Assembly: GCA_964546655.1 (NCBI GenBank)
Contig: CAZJKL010000001.1
Location: forward strand, 69,751 to 133,750
Length of the DNA stretch: 64,000 bases
DNA from: an uncultured Bacteroidales bacterium
Lineage (GTDB): Bacteria > Bacteroidota > Bacteroidia > Bacteroidales > CAZJKL01
Direction: 5' to 3'
The position numbers and the translations under genes were made by a program. The notes under the pieces were generated by a model, which saw only the letters and a list, made by a program, of their open reading frames with translations, was not told where the DNA came from and did no database searches. Every line of letters starts with the position of its first letter. Position 1 is the stretch's first letter. This document shows, piece after piece, positions 44,503-55,762 of the stretch.

Positions 44503-46812
44503 TTAATTAATAACTAATATTTTTGTGGTATATGTTTTAGAACCATCTGTATTTGTACAAAAGACAACATAAACACCAGTTTTCACTCTTTCTCCACTAA
44601 AGTTTTTCCCGTCCCAAACAGCCTGTCCGCCTTCTGCAAATACTTCATAAACTAAATTGCCTGATATATCGGTAATTTTAACATTAGCATCTTTAACCAA
44701 TCCTTTAATAGCTATTAACCCGGTATAATCAGATTCAACAGGATTAGGGTAAGCAAATACATTGTTATATTCATCTTCACCTTTTGTTGCAGTTCCTTTA
44801 AACGAAATTAAACCTTTGTCTGTTCCAAAAAAAACTTCGCCATTTTTTTCATTAATAGTAATTGATATAATATTATCAGAGAATAATGGGCTATTTTCTG
44901 ATGTGAAATGGTAAATTTCTTCTTGACCATCTTTTGAGAACAAATAAACTCCTGATGTTTTTGTTCCACACCATTTTCTATTAGCACCATCAACTGCAAT
45001 ATCAGTAACAGTTTCTGTTCCTAGTAGATATTGAACATAACTATCTTGTTCAATTTTAATTTGTTGGGCATCAAAGTTTTCGTCAGAAAAAATATTTTCA
45101 GGATTATAAAATACAGCTAATCCTTTGGTTGTTCCAATCCAAATACTCCCATCTAAATCCATCGCTATACTATGAACGTCATTTGATGGTAAATTCCCTT
45201 TGCCAACACTATTGCTTAATGTTATTAAGTTATCGTCAGTTGTATTGTCTAGTGTATTATTGTCGTTAAAAACAGCTATGCCTTTGCCTTTAGGACAAAT
45301 AACCCATTTGTAATTATTGTTATCTATTAAAATTTTAGATACTTCTGCATTTTTAAAAATAGGACCTAATGAATATGAATGCCAAGAATTAGTTTTTGTT
45401 TTAACAACAAGTTGTTTTTCTACATTTGCATTAGACATCCATAGGTTGCCATTTTTGTCATATTTTAATCCACCTATTCCAGCCCAATAATATGAAATGG
45501 CTACTCTAGATATTGCATTATTGGTATTAAGTTCATTGTAAATGTTTATTAGCTCATTGTTTTTAAATTCTAATAAACCTTGTTTCCAAGAACCAGCAAA
45601 AAAATGATTTTTATCTTCTGGGTTATATGCTACACATACAATATCAAATATTGTATCCATTTTACTTGTATTTTCTTTATTTATTTGTTTCCATGAAGAT
45701 CCGTTAAAAGAACAAACACCATCAGTACTCCATGTGTTTCCCATTGATTCATTATAGCTTCCACTAGCTATACATATATTATCGTCTAATATATCTAAAT
45801 CAAAAGCACTTGAGATTAATGGAGAATTTGGAGTTAATAGTTCATAATTCCAAGTATCAGTAGTTTTTAGTAAACCAAGTTTTTTATCTGCCAACCAAAA
45901 TACATTTTCGTCATCAACAGTTATTTCAAGAATATTGCATGAAGGTCCGGTTAAATTGGTATAGTTCCAAAAATCTAAATTTCTTTCAAAATTTGTATTA
46001 TAAGAAATAGCGTTATAATGAGTGCATAAAAATAGTTTATCTTTATGTGCCTTCAAATTAGCTGCCTGAAACATTAATGATGAATCAATAATATTAAATG
46101 TACTTCCGTCATAATAATAAATTGCGTCAGTATTTGTTAAAACTATATTAACAATAATCTTATCATTAAAAACTTCAATTTGAGAAATTTTATTGTCAGG
46201 ATAAAAATTGATTAGACTCCAAGATGATGGGTTTGAAAGATTTACTCCAGAAACAGGGGCTTTATAAATACCTTTATCTGTTGCTACATAAAAATAATTA
46301 TTAAATTCAACAATATCATTAACTGATAAATTATAATCAACGTAATATGTATCTTTAATTTCCTCTTTATTTATGTCAAGTACAATTATTCCAAAACCAC
46401 AAGAAATATAAGCCAAATTGTCTTTTATGTATATATTATTTATGCTTTTATTTCCTTGAATAATTTTTCTTTTTATATCAGATAAATTTACAATTCTATT
46501 GTCTTTAATTAAATCTATATTTGAATTTGAATATGCAATAATTAATGTTTTTAATAAATCACTATAATCTATTTTTTTTATGCCAATATCAGATAAACCA
46601 TTAATTTTTGAATATTTAGTTATTTCACCACTTGATTTATTGTATGAAAAAAGAGCCAAATCAGAAGCACAATAAACTAATTCACCTGCATTTACAACAT
46701 TATTGGCATTATTGTATGGAACATAATCTTTCCATTGCTGAATACCTACGTCTTGAGAAAATATATTAATAGTACAAAATAAAAATAAGAGAATAAAAAT
46801 AAATTGTTGCAT
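44503..46812 (-). CDS. Double beta-propeller protein with T9SS type A C-terminal domain (PorZ-like)
   Basis: Signal peptide. Two-component-regulator-propeller-like repeats. C-terminal YPNPV...GVYVVF...ILVIN sorting domain. The PorZ assignment is tentative. Confidence 0.5.
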   Translation of the reverse strand: MQQFIFILLFLFCTINIFSQDVGIQQWKDYVPYNNANNVVNAGELVYCASDLALFSYNKSSGEITKYSKINGLSDIGIKKIDYSDLLKTLIIAYSNSNIDLIKDNRIVNLSDIKRKIIQGNKSINNIYIKDNLAYISCGFGIIVLDINKEEIKDTYYVDYNLSVNDIVEFNNYFYVATDKGIYKAPVSGVNLSNPSSWSLINFYPDNKISQIEVFNDKIIVNIVLTNTDAIYYYDGSTFNIIDSSLMFQAANLKAHKDKLFLCTHYNAISYNTNFERNLDFWNYTNLTGPSCNILEITVDDENVFWLADKKLGLLKTTDTWNYELLTPNSPLISSAFDLDILDDNICIASGSYNESMGNTWSTDGVCSFNGSSWKQINKENTSKMDTIFDIVCVAYNPEDKNHFFAGSWKQGLLEFKNNELINIYNELNTNNAISRVAISYYWAGIGGLKYDKNGNLWMSNANVEKQLVVKTKTNSWHSYSLGPIFKNAEVSKILIDNNNYKWVICPKGKGIAVFNDNNTLDNTTDDNLITLSNSVGKGNLPSNDVHSIAMDLDGSIWIGTTKGLAVFYNPENIFSDENFDAQQIKIEQDSYVQYLLGTETVTDIAVDGANRKWCGTKTSGVYLFSKDGQEEIYHFTSENSPLFSDNIISITINEKNGEVFFGTDKGLISFKGTATKGEDEYNNVFAYPNPVESDYTGLIAIKGLVKDANVKITDISGNLVYEVFAEGGQAVWDGKNFSGERVKTGVYVVFCTNTDGSKTYTTKILVIN

Positions 46813-47084
46813 ACTAAATTTTAATATAATTACAAATAAAGATATTTATAAATTCAAAAATATAAACCCAAAACGAACTTACCTAAAAAATATTACTTTT
46901 TATTGATTTTTTTAACTCTCAAAAGAAAATAACAAATAATAAGTTGAAAATTTTTAAAGAAAAAATACAAGAAATGAAACTTATATGTTTTAACGTCGTA
47001 ATTAGAAGCATAAAGTTGAAAATAATTTTTATAAAATATTGCTTAAGTAAGCCAATTGCTTACCCTACTTAAATGATGAATGAT

Positions 47085-47122
47085 AAATCAGGTTTTGTTT
47101 GTAAAATGGAACCTGATTTTTT
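47085..47122. terminator. Perfect 10-bp hairpin terminator next to the gldD stop (stronger T-run on the plus strand)
   Basis: aaatcaggtt-15nt-aacctgattt followed by ttt on the plus strand. Confidence 0.6.
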
Positions 47123-47693
47123 ATTTCCACTTTATCGTTTTAACAAGATAACTAATATCTTCTTTAATAAAATTTACTACTGGTAATAAACTGTCTATAT
47201 TAGGTTTTGCATAAAAATAAAGAGACCCTCTAATAAAATGCAAATTACTATCTGTAACAAAAAACTGGCAAGAAGAAGCAACATTTCCTTCAATATTATA
47301 AATAATACCAAATTTTCTGTTAATGGTATCATTTATTAATTCTTCTTCTATTCCATTTGCTTTACTTATATGTCTATTTAAAAATTTTCTATTGTCTTCC
47401 AAAAAATTATTTAAATCACTTTTATTATTAATTCTTTCGTAGCTAATATATAATGTTGCTTTATATTTGGGGAATAAAATATTAATCCAGCATGGATTAA
47501 CAGAATCTTTTCTTTTATCTATAAATGAGTAATTTGGAATTTTAAATGAAAAAGAACAATCTGATTTGTATTCAATATAAGATTTTTTCGGAAAATCTAT
47601 TCTCATATAACCTTTAGGTTTTGGAGTGTAATTTTCTTTACATGAAAAAAATGCAAATAAAAGCAGGAGTAAAATTGTTGTGTTTAGTTTCAT
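47121..47693 (-). CDS. gldD: Gliding motility lipoprotein GldD
   Basis: Lipoprotein leader ...FFSCKENYTPKPKGYMRIDFP. Located immediately downstream of gldE, as in Flavobacterium. Confidence 0.8.
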   Translation of the reverse strand: MKLNTTILLLLLFAFFSCKENYTPKPKGYMRIDFPKKSYIEYKSDCSFSFKIPNYSFIDKRKDSVNPCWINILFPKYKATLYISYERINNKSDLNNFLEDNRKFLNRHISKANGIEEELINDTINRKFGIIYNIEGNVASSCQFFVTDSNLHFIRGSLYFYAKPNIDSLLPVVNFIKEDISYLVKTIKWK

Positions 47694-49019
47694 TTATTTA
47701 ATGGTTACAAGTATTTTATTGATTTTTCTGTTGTTCGAATCTTCAATTTTAAAAATAAAATTATGAAAATAAAATGTGTCGCCAATATTAGGTATCTCAC
47801 CTTTTAATTCAAGTATAAAACCTCCAATAGAATCGCAATGTTCGGTATAATTATCGAAAACATTGCTGTTAATTCCAAGAATTTTTGAAAAGTCATTTAA
47901 TGATATTTTTGCTTCGAATGTATAATTGTTTTCATCAATTTTTTTGAATAATGTGTTTGTGTCATCATCTTCATCAATTTCACCAACAATTTCTTCTAAA
48001 ATATCTTCTAAAGTAACAATACCTGATGTGCCTCCGTATTCATCAACAATTATCGCTATATGTGTTTTCTTTTGTTGGAATTCTTTTAATAAATCATCTA
48101 ATTTTTTGTTTTCGGGAATAAAATAAGGCTTTCGCATCAAACTATTCCATTTAAAGTCATCGTCTTTATCGGTATGATCAATAAGATCTTTTATATGAAG
48201 AATGCCAATAACAGTATCAAAATTTTTCTTGTAAATAGGAAAACGAGAGTAGCCAGAATTTAATGCATTTTGTAAAAGTTCTTTAAATGGAGTATTCTCA
48301 TCAAAAGCAATAATATCAAGTCGCGATTTCATTATTTCTGTAACTTCTATCTGGCCAAAATTAATTATGCTTTTTAAAATATTTTCCTGATCATTGTTTT
48401 TATTAGTTGCAGTTATTTCAAGTGCTTTAGATATCTCATCAACTGTTAAATTGTTATTAATTATATTTGTTTTTTCAATAATATTATCAATTATAGAAGT
48501 AGTTGAAACTATAATTTTATTTAAAGGATAAAATATTTTATTTAAAATATACACAGGTTTTGCAGATAAAGAAGCTAATTTCAATTTATGTTTAGAAGCA
48601 TATCCTTTGGGAATAATCTTTCCCATAAATAGCATCAATAAAGTAATTACTAATATTTGAATAATATAAACATATAAATAAAATTTTCCATTTAATATTA
48701 TTGATGTAATATATGTTGATAAAATTATTATTCCGATATTAATAAAAATATTAGTTATAAGAATTGTAGAAATTAAATATTTTGGTGATTCTAATAATTT
48801 AATTATTGTGTTTTTGTTTTTGACTTTTGAAGATTTTATTTTTTCTATATCATTTTTTGTTAATGAAAAATAAGCAAATTCTGAACTTGAGATTAAAGTA
48901 GATAAAACAAATAAAAATAAAGAAAAGAATATTCCTAATCCTAAATAAATATCGATTATATCTATTTGATTTTCAATAAAAAGAAGGCTGTTATTAAATA
49001 TGTTTTCTGTAATTTTCAA
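47694..49019 (-). CDS. gldE: Gliding motility-associated CBS-pair/CorC-HlyC membrane protein GldE
   Basis: N-terminal DUF21-like TM region, CBS pair, and C-terminal CorC_HlyC-like domain. Confidence 0.8.
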   Translation of the reverse strand: MKITENIFNNSLLFIENQIDIIDIYLGLGIFFSLFLFVLSTLISSSEFAYFSLTKNDIEKIKSSKVKNKNTIIKLLESPKYLISTILITNIFINIGIIILSTYITSIILNGKFYLYVYIIQILVITLLMLFMGKIIPKGYASKHKLKLASLSAKPVYILNKIFYPLNKIIVSTTSIIDNIIEKTNIINNNLTVDEISKALEITATNKNNDQENILKSIINFGQIEVTEIMKSRLDIIAFDENTPFKELLQNALNSGYSRFPIYKKNFDTVIGILHIKDLIDHTDKDDDFKWNSLMRKPYFIPENKKLDDLLKEFQQKKTHIAIIVDEYGGTSGIVTLEDILEEIVGEIDEDDDTNTLFKKIDENNYTFEAKISLNDFSKILGINSNVFDNYTEHCDSIGGFILELKGEIPNIGDTFYFHNFIFKIEDSNNRKINKILVTIK

Positions 49020-49040
49020 AATTGCTGTTTTTTTGCAAAA

Positions 49041-49745
49041 TTAACAATAATATAAAATATTCTCTTTATTCAATATTTTTTTTATTTCATCTATAAAAAA
49101 ATCATCATCAAATGAGTTTATATTATTATCAATAAGATTGTTGTTTTTTAATGTTTTTTGTAAAGTAAATTTTTTTGTTCCTTTAATCCATTTGGCAATT
49201 TCTTTAAAATCATTTAAGGTATGAAACTCTTTAACTAGAGTAGTCCTAAATTCATAATCAATATTGCTATTTTTAATTAAATCAACTGATAATTCAATAT
49301 TATTCATTGTAGCTTCTGATAATTTAACACCGCAAATATCGCTATATTTATTAATATTATTAGATGTTTTAATATCCATAGCGACGTATGATAAAAGATT
49401 TTTATCTAATAAGTTTTTAATTTGTTTGGGATTTGTTCCATTTGTATCAAGTTTTATTTTAAACCCTATGTTTTTAAAATTCACTATAAAATCTTCTAAA
49501 TCATCATGTATTGTTGGTTCACCGCCAGTAATAACAATAGCATCAATCATCTTCTTGTTTTTATTTAGAAAATGGTTAATGCTATCTATTTCAATATTAA
49601 TATTTTGCTCCATTAAATTAGGTAATACCAATTCTGGATTATGGCAAAACCCGCACTTGAAATTGCAACCTTTGGTGAAAACAACAGATGCTAAATGACC
49701 TGGATAATCAATAAAACTTTGCTTTAAAAAACCGCCAATTTTCAT
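49041..49745 (-). CDS. nrdG: Anaerobic ribonucleotide reductase activating protein (radical SAM)
   Basis: CNFKCGFCHN cluster motif. Overlaps the nrdD stop. Confidence 0.9.
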   Translation of the reverse strand: MKIGGFLKQSFIDYPGHLASVVFTKGCNFKCGFCHNPELVLPNLMEQNINIEIDSINHFLNKNKKMIDAIVITGGEPTIHDDLEDFIVNFKNIGFKIKLDTNGTNPKQIKNLLDKNLLSYVAMDIKTSNNINKYSDICGVKLSEATMNNIELSVDLIKNSNIDYEFRTTLVKEFHTLNDFKEIAKWIKGTKKFTLQKTLKNNNLIDNNINSFDDDFFIDEIKKILNKENILYYC

Positions 49746-52006
49746 TAATTATTAATATAAATCTCTCTGTCTTCTTTAACATTACTTAATATTTCACTTC
49801 TTTTATCTGCTAAAGATTTTATGCTATTATCAAAAATTCTTCTGTCGAAAAGTTTTCTTAAGTCATATTCAGCTCTTTTTCCATTGTTCCAAGTGTCAAT
49901 AGGTCTAAGATAACCAACTATTCTTGCAAAAACCTCACATTTTTGTTCAATACCATTAGCTTTACATTTAGGGCATTCAAGATGTTCTCCATAAATATAT
50001 CCATGGCTTGGGCAAATGCTAAATGTCGGAGAAATTGTTATATAAGGCAAGTGATAATTATCTGTAATTTTTTTGATTAACATTTTAACCGATTCTGCCG
50101 AAATTTGTTTTTCGCCTACAAATGTATGAAATACAGTTCCTCCGGTATATTTAGTTTGCAAACCATCTTGAATATCTAATGCTTCGAATAAGTCATCGGT
50201 GTAATTTACTGGTAACTGAGTTGAATTAGTATAATAAGGGTCAGCTCCTTTTTTTACATATTCTTCATTAGCTGTTATAATATCAGGGTATTGCATTTTA
50301 TCAATTCTTGCCAATCTGTAAGATGTACCTTCAGCAGGAGTAGCTTCTAAGTTGAAGTTGTTTCCGGTTTCTTCTTGAAATTCGCTCATTCTTTCTCTCA
50401 TAAAATCTAAAACTTTTATTGAAAAATTATAACCTTCTTTATCAACAAGTCTTTTTCCTAAGAAATTTAAGCAACATTCATTCATTCCAACAATTCCTAT
50501 TGTTGAAAAGTGATTTTTCCAGTAAGCACCGTTTTTGTTTTTAAGATGGCGTAAGTAAAAGCGAGAATAAGGGAATAAACCTTTGTCAGTAAATCTTTCA
50601 ATTACTTTACGTTTAATTTCTAAACTGTCTTTTGCACTATCCATTAATTTAGAGAGTTTTTGAAAGAAGTCTTCTTCTGATTTTGCTTCATAACCAAGTT
50701 TTGGTAAGTTTATAGTAACAACACCCACCGAGCCTGTTAAAGGATTTGCACCAAACAAACCGCCACCTTTATTAGCTAATTCTCGTTTATCTAATCTTAA
50801 TCTGCAGCACATACTTCTAACATCGTCTGGTTTTAAATCAGAATTAACAAAATTTGAGAAGTAAGGAATACCGTATTTACCAGCTATTTCAAATATTTTA
50901 TCATAATCAGAATTATCCCATTCAAAATCTTTTGTTATGTTATATGTTGGAATAGGAAATGAGAAAACACTACCATTAGCATCACCTTCAGCCATTACGT
51001 CTGCAAAAGCTTTGTTAAAAATAGTAACCTCATTTTGAAATTCGCCATAGGTTGCTGATTGAGGAACGCCTCCAATTATTACTGGTTGGTCTTTTAAAAA
51101 TTCAGGAACTTTTAAATCTAATGTTATATTAGTAAAAGGTGTTTGAAAACCAACCCTTGTTGGAACATTTATATTAAACATAAACTCTTGCAAGCATTGC
51201 TTTACATGTTTAAAGTCTAAATCATCATATCTAATAAATGGAGCTAAATATGTGTCGAAATTAGAAAAAGCCTGAGCTCCAGCTGCTTCTCCTTGCATTG
51301 TATAAAAGAAATTAACTATTTGTCCTAAAGCTGTTCTTAAATGTTTAGCCGGTTTGCTTTCGGTTTTCCCAGAAACACCTTTAAATCCAGAGATTAATAA
51401 ATCTTGTAAATCCCAACCAACACAATAAACACTTAAAAAGCCTAAATCATGAACATGAAATTTACCTTGTTTGTGAAGTTCACCTATTTCTTTAGGGTAA
51501 ATTTTTTCTAACCAATATTGTGAGCTAATTATAGTTGAAACATGCTGATTCAATCCTTGTAATGAATAAGATGAATTAGCACTTTCTTTTATTCTCCAGT
51601 CCTCAAGATTAATATAATCATCAATTAAATCTAAATTGCTAAAAATATCTTTAGTTGTTCTTAATGAATGACGTTGATTCCTGTATATCATGTAAGCCTT
51701 AGCAATATCAAAATCTCCAAATTCAAACAATTGTTTTTCAACCATATCCTGAATGGTTTCAACTTCTGGCATTGAATTATTGTTTAATGAAATTTTATTA
51801 ATAACTTCTTTTGTTATTTCTATAGCTTTTTGTCTGTCGGGTTTGCTAACCGCTCTCATAGCCTTAAAAATTGCATGTACTATTTTTTCTTCTTCAAAAT
51901 TTACTATTCTACCATCTCGTTTTTTTATTGAATTAAGGCTTACTGTTTTGTTCATCATAATTGTTTTGTTTTGCTTGGTTTGTTTCTTATTAACATTATT
52001 AATCAT
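49745..52006 (-). CDS. nrdD: Anaerobic ribonucleoside-triphosphate reductase
   Basis: ATP-cone (IKKRDGRIVNFEEEKI). Zn ribbon CPSHG...CPKC. Glycyl-radical motif ARIVGYLRP. The true start is possibly the internal ATG at 51958. Confidence 0.95.
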   Translation of the reverse strand: MINNVNKKQTKQNKTIMMNKTVSLNSIKKRDGRIVNFEEEKIVHAIFKAMRAVSKPDRQKAIEITKEVINKISLNNNSMPEVETIQDMVEKQLFEFGDFDIAKAYMIYRNQRHSLRTTKDIFSNLDLIDDYINLEDWRIKESANSSYSLQGLNQHVSTIISSQYWLEKIYPKEIGELHKQGKFHVHDLGFLSVYCVGWDLQDLLISGFKGVSGKTESKPAKHLRTALGQIVNFFYTMQGEAAGAQAFSNFDTYLAPFIRYDDLDFKHVKQCLQEFMFNINVPTRVGFQTPFTNITLDLKVPEFLKDQPVIIGGVPQSATYGEFQNEVTIFNKAFADVMAEGDANGSVFSFPIPTYNITKDFEWDNSDYDKIFEIAGKYGIPYFSNFVNSDLKPDDVRSMCCRLRLDKRELANKGGGLFGANPLTGSVGVVTINLPKLGYEAKSEEDFFQKLSKLMDSAKDSLEIKRKVIERFTDKGLFPYSRFYLRHLKNKNGAYWKNHFSTIGIVGMNECCLNFLGKRLVDKEGYNFSIKVLDFMRERMSEFQEETGNNFNLEATPAEGTSYRLARIDKMQYPDIITANEEYVKKGADPYYTNSTQLPVNYTDDLFEALDIQDGLQTKYTGGTVFHTFVGEKQISAESVKMLIKKITDNYHLPYITISPTFSICPSHGYIYGEHLECPKCKANGIEQKCEVFARIVGYLRPIDTWNNGKRAEYDLRKLFDRRIFDNSIKSLADKRSEILSNVKEDREIYINN

Positions 52007-52253
52007 TCTTTCTCAATGAGAATGATTGTATATATTGTTTTTTATTAAATTGTCTCGATAAAAACTAATAAAACTAAAATATTATTTAAAAAAATATAAA
52101 TAAATATTTTTGCTTTACAATTATAGTTAATACAAACAATTTTTCTTATTATTTTCAATCTCCTTTTACTAACACAATTATGTTAAAAAATATTTAACAT
52201 ACTGTTTTTTCGAAAGTTAACAAAATACAAACAGCCAAATGTTGATAAATAAA

Positions 52254-53246
52254 TTAGCTTATTAAAAGATTGCAACCTCTTATGTCGCTATTGTCAAAAC
52301 GACCTAAAACGCTAAACGAATTATTGCTGTTTATTTTGCCTAAATCTTTAGTTGCAATGAAAGAACATGAGTTTATATTTGCTAAATCAATAACATTTAT
52401 GCCTCCGCTATTGTTTATTATATTTAAAGGGTCATTTATGTCTCTTATTAGTACATTCATCCATGGTGGAGTTCTGTATTCGCCATTATTAGTAGAGTAT
52501 GCTTGTGATAAAAGTTCGGTCATACCATATTCAGAATGAATATTTGTTACTCCAAAACATTTTTTTAATGCGTTATAAAATTCTTCTTTTATAATTTCTT
52601 TTCTTCTTCCCTTCATTCCACCAGTTTCCATAACAATAAGTTCTGGAAAATCTAATTTATAATTTTCCGAAAAATCTATTAAAGCATAAGAAACACCGAG
52701 TAAAATTACTTTTTTATTCCTCTTCTTTAAATCTAATAGCTTATTAAATAATTCTGCAAAATTATTTAAATAATACCCACTATCTTTACTGCTATTTTCA
52801 ATTAAATAATTACACATATAAAGCAATGAAGAGCTTTTTTGTTCAAAATAGGAGGGCAGAAGCATTAAGAAAACATAATCTTTTATTTTTCCATAAAAAC
52901 TTTCGAATCCTTTTATAAAACTTTTTTCATATATTTTTAAATCAGTAATATGATGCTTTGATTTAATAATATCTGTTGTGCCACTACTATAAAAAGTTAT
53001 CTCAACTTTGTTATTACAAACAACATTATGAGTTTTAAAAAATTCAATAGGTAAGAAAGGAATATTTTCGATTTTATTAATATTGTTAATGTTAATTCCA
53101 AGAAAATCAACAAAATTTTTATAAACAATATTATTTTTATATTGGAATTTTAAAACTTCAAAAGTCAATTCTTCAAAATTATTATTATCGGTAATTTTAA
53201 AAATTCTTTCAATAATTTCTTTTGTAAGATTAGAAGACATTGACAA
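52254..53246 (-). CDS. LuxE/PaaK-like acyl-adenylate-forming 'acyl transferase' family protein
   Basis: N-terminal FE...FQYKNN.VYK.F......IENIPFLPIEFFK pattern recalled from Bacteroidota LuxE-like proteins. Confidence 0.55.
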   Translation of the reverse strand: MSMSSNLTKEIIERIFKITDNNNFEELTFEVLKFQYKNNIVYKNFVDFLGININNINKIENIPFLPIEFFKTHNVVCNNKVEITFYSSGTTDIIKSKHHITDLKIYEKSFIKGFESFYGKIKDYVFLMLLPSYFEQKSSSLLYMCNYLIENSSKDSGYYLNNFAELFNKLLDLKKRNKKVILLGVSYALIDFSENYKLDFPELIVMETGGMKGRRKEIIKEEFYNALKKCFGVTNIHSEYGMTELLSQAYSTNNGEYRTPPWMNVLIRDINDPLNIINNSGGINVIDLANINSCSFIATKDLGKINSNNSFSVLGRFDNSDIRGCNLLIS

Positions 53247-54227
53247 TTAAAACTTTATAGTATTTATAATAGCTTCCAATTGTTTTACATAATCTCTTTT
53301 ATTTTTACTTGGAGCATAAACATAGCCATCTATAACAAGAACTCTATTATTTTTTTTATCTAAAAAAGTATAATTAATAAAAGGGCCACCCATAAAATCA
53401 TTTTCAACCGACCACAACCCTCTCATAATATAAGTGTCATTATTCTCTATTTTGATTGAATCTAAATTTATAATTTCTGGTAAGGTTGTTTTCATATAAC
53501 TATTAGGACGTTGTGACGCTATATATTTTTTTAGAACAGAATCTCTTTTATTTATTAAAAGTTCTTTTGTTATATTTTGATTAGTTAGTTTAAATTCATA
53601 AATAATAATTCCTTGACTAATTTCCTGTGGCTCAAAGCTTAACCATGAAAATTTTTCTTCTTTTAAATTGTCATGAACAACAAATCCTTTAGGAATACTA
53701 AGTTCAATATTATGGCATTTTTTAATTTTTTCTTTTATTAAATCATCATTTTTCTTTTTGTAAGAATAGCTTAGGTTCTGCATGCTTTTTTTATATAAAA
53801 CATCAATTATATAGTTTATTTTACTTTTTAATACAGTTATGCAGTTTGCTTCATTTTTACATTTCACATCAACTACTACTTGTGGTCTGGCCCAAACATT
53901 TTCATGAATAGTAATTCCCTCAACTATATTATTATCAATATTTATAATAACAATATTTTTATATTTAGTAAATAAGTTTTTAAAAGATGATTTTTTTACA
54001 TGAATAATATCAAATATTGGCTCATCTTGAGGAATGCCTTTAAAAGACTGTGTGAAATTATCTTTAATTATTTTACCTATTTCAGAGTCCCACTGAGATT
54101 TTTCAACAATAAACAAAACTTCGCTTGGTTTGCTTAGTGATTCTGGTAAATATTTTGTTTTATCTTTTGAATTATTACAAGAATAACAAAATATCACAAT
54201 GACAAAGATTATTATTATATTTTTCAT
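53247..54227 (-). CDS. DUF4837-like lipoprotein
   Basis: Lipoprotein leader (..FCYSCNN). LPESLSKPSEVLFIVEKSQWDSEIGK resembles the recalled DUF4837 N-terminus. Confidence 0.5.
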   Translation of the reverse strand: MKNIIIIFVIVIFCYSCNNSKDKTKYLPESLSKPSEVLFIVEKSQWDSEIGKIIKDNFTQSFKGIPQDEPIFDIIHVKKSSFKNLFTKYKNIVIINIDNNIVEGITIHENVWARPQVVVDVKCKNEANCITVLKSKINYIIDVLYKKSMQNLSYSYKKKNDDLIKEKIKKCHNIELSIPKGFVVHDNLKEEKFSWLSFEPQEISQGIIIYEFKLTNQNITKELLINKRDSVLKKYIASQRPNSYMKTTLPEIINLDSIKIENNDTYIMRGLWSVENDFMGGPFINYTFLDKKNNRVLVIDGYVYAPSKNKRDYVKQLEAIINTIKF

Positions 54228-54244
54228 TAATTGAGTTGAAAAAA

Positions 54245-55762
54245 TTATGCTGATTTATAAATTTTTAATTTCATACCTGGCTTAACAACATTAGTATTTA
54301 AATTGTTTAATGATTTTATATCATTAACAGAAATATTGTTAAACTTTTTAGAAATACTCCAAAGTGTATCTCCATGTTTTACTGTATAATATGTAAACTC
54401 TTCTGTTTTATTAGGTTTTTCATGATTACTATTATTGTCTTTGTTGTTATTACAGCTGCTTTCGGTGTAATTACTATTATTTTTTTTAATTTTCAGTCTT
54501 TGTCCTACGGCTAAACTTGAAGATCGTAAATTATTCCAGTTTTTTATATCAGTTACACTTACATTATATTTATTTGCAATTTGACCAAGATAATCTCCTC
54601 TTTTAACAATATGAGTTATAGGTTCATTAACAACAACAGGTTCAGGTATTTCTTCATTAGCTTGAACTAGTTCTCCTGTTTGTTCTTCTTTAAGTTGATA
54701 TATAGCGATCTCATTATTAATAAATTCTCCAATATACTTTGTAGGAAGTGTTAAAATATTATTTTTTGAATCAGCAATAATAATATTTTTAGTATAAGCA
54801 GGGTTCAAATACTGTAATGCTTCAACGGTAATTCCTAAAACATTAGATATTTGTTCGAAATTAACATCATGTTTAACACAAACTGTATCAACTTCAAAAG
54901 CATTATAAGGTGCTTTTATTGGATGCATATTATGCTCTTTTGAATAGTTCATAAAATATACAGCAGCATTAAAAGCAGGAACATAACTACGGGTTTCGGC
55001 CGGTAAAAATTGATAAATAGCCCAAAAACTCTTTTTCCCACCACTTCTTCTAATAGCTTTATTCACATTTCCAGGACCAGCATTATAAGCAGCCAAAACC
55101 AAGTTCCAATCATGAAACATACCATGTAAGTATTGTAAATATTTGCAAGCTGCTTCTGTTGATTTTATAGGATCTCTTCTGTCGTCAACATAAGAAGTAA
55201 TATTTATCTTTAGCCATTTACCTGTTCCATACATAAATTGCCAAAGTCCAGTTGCTCCAACTCGTGAACGAGCATTCGGGTTTAATGCCGATTCTATTAT
55301 AGCTAAATATTTTAATTCTAAAGGAAGCCCGTGTTTATCTAGAATTTCTTCAAATAAAGGAAAGTACAAATCAGCTAATCCCATTATTTGCTGGGCCTTT
55401 TCTCTTTTTTGGACAGTGTAAACATTAATATAACTTTTAACGTATTGGTTGTATGCAAGAGGTAAAGGGCTTTTTTGTTTCAATTCTTTCATTCTTGCCG
55501 ATAAAATTGAATCTGAAAATGTAGGTATTTTATATATTTCTTTTTTAGGTAAAATATAATTAGGTTTAATTAATCTTTTTATTCTGTCACTTGCCCATAA
55601 GCTATCTAACATTTGTAAAATAGGGTCATCGGTAACATATAAAAGATATGTAGAATCTTTTAAAGAAATAGTATCACGAGGCGATTTTGAATATAGTTTA
55701 TTGTTAAGGAAAAAAACAAAAAACAATGAAATAAAGGCAATTCTTAATATATAACTATTCAT
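54245..55762 (-). CDS. Membrane-bound lytic transglycosylase with two LysM domains (MltD-like)
   Basis: SLT catalytic block IIESALNPNARSRVGATGLWQFM. Two LysM repeats (HIVKRGDYLGQIANKY..., YTVKHGDTLWSISKKF...). Confidence 0.85.
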   Translation of the reverse strand: MNSYILRIAFISLFFVFFLNNKLYSKSPRDTISLKDSTYLLYVTDDPILQMLDSLWASDRIKRLIKPNYILPKKEIYKIPTFSDSILSARMKELKQKSPLPLAYNQYVKSYINVYTVQKREKAQQIMGLADLYFPLFEEILDKHGLPLELKYLAIIESALNPNARSRVGATGLWQFMYGTGKWLKINITSYVDDRRDPIKSTEAACKYLQYLHGMFHDWNLVLAAYNAGPGNVNKAIRRSGGKKSFWAIYQFLPAETRSYVPAFNAAVYFMNYSKEHNMHPIKAPYNAFEVDTVCVKHDVNFEQISNVLGITVEALQYLNPAYTKNIIIADSKNNILTLPTKYIGEFINNEIAIYQLKEEQTGELVQANEEIPEPVVVNEPITHIVKRGDYLGQIANKYNVSVTDIKNWNNLRSSSLAVGQRLKIKKNNSNYTESSCNNNKDNNSNHEKPNKTEEFTYYTVKHGDTLWSISKKFNNISVNDIKSLNNLNTNVVKPGMKLKIYKSA

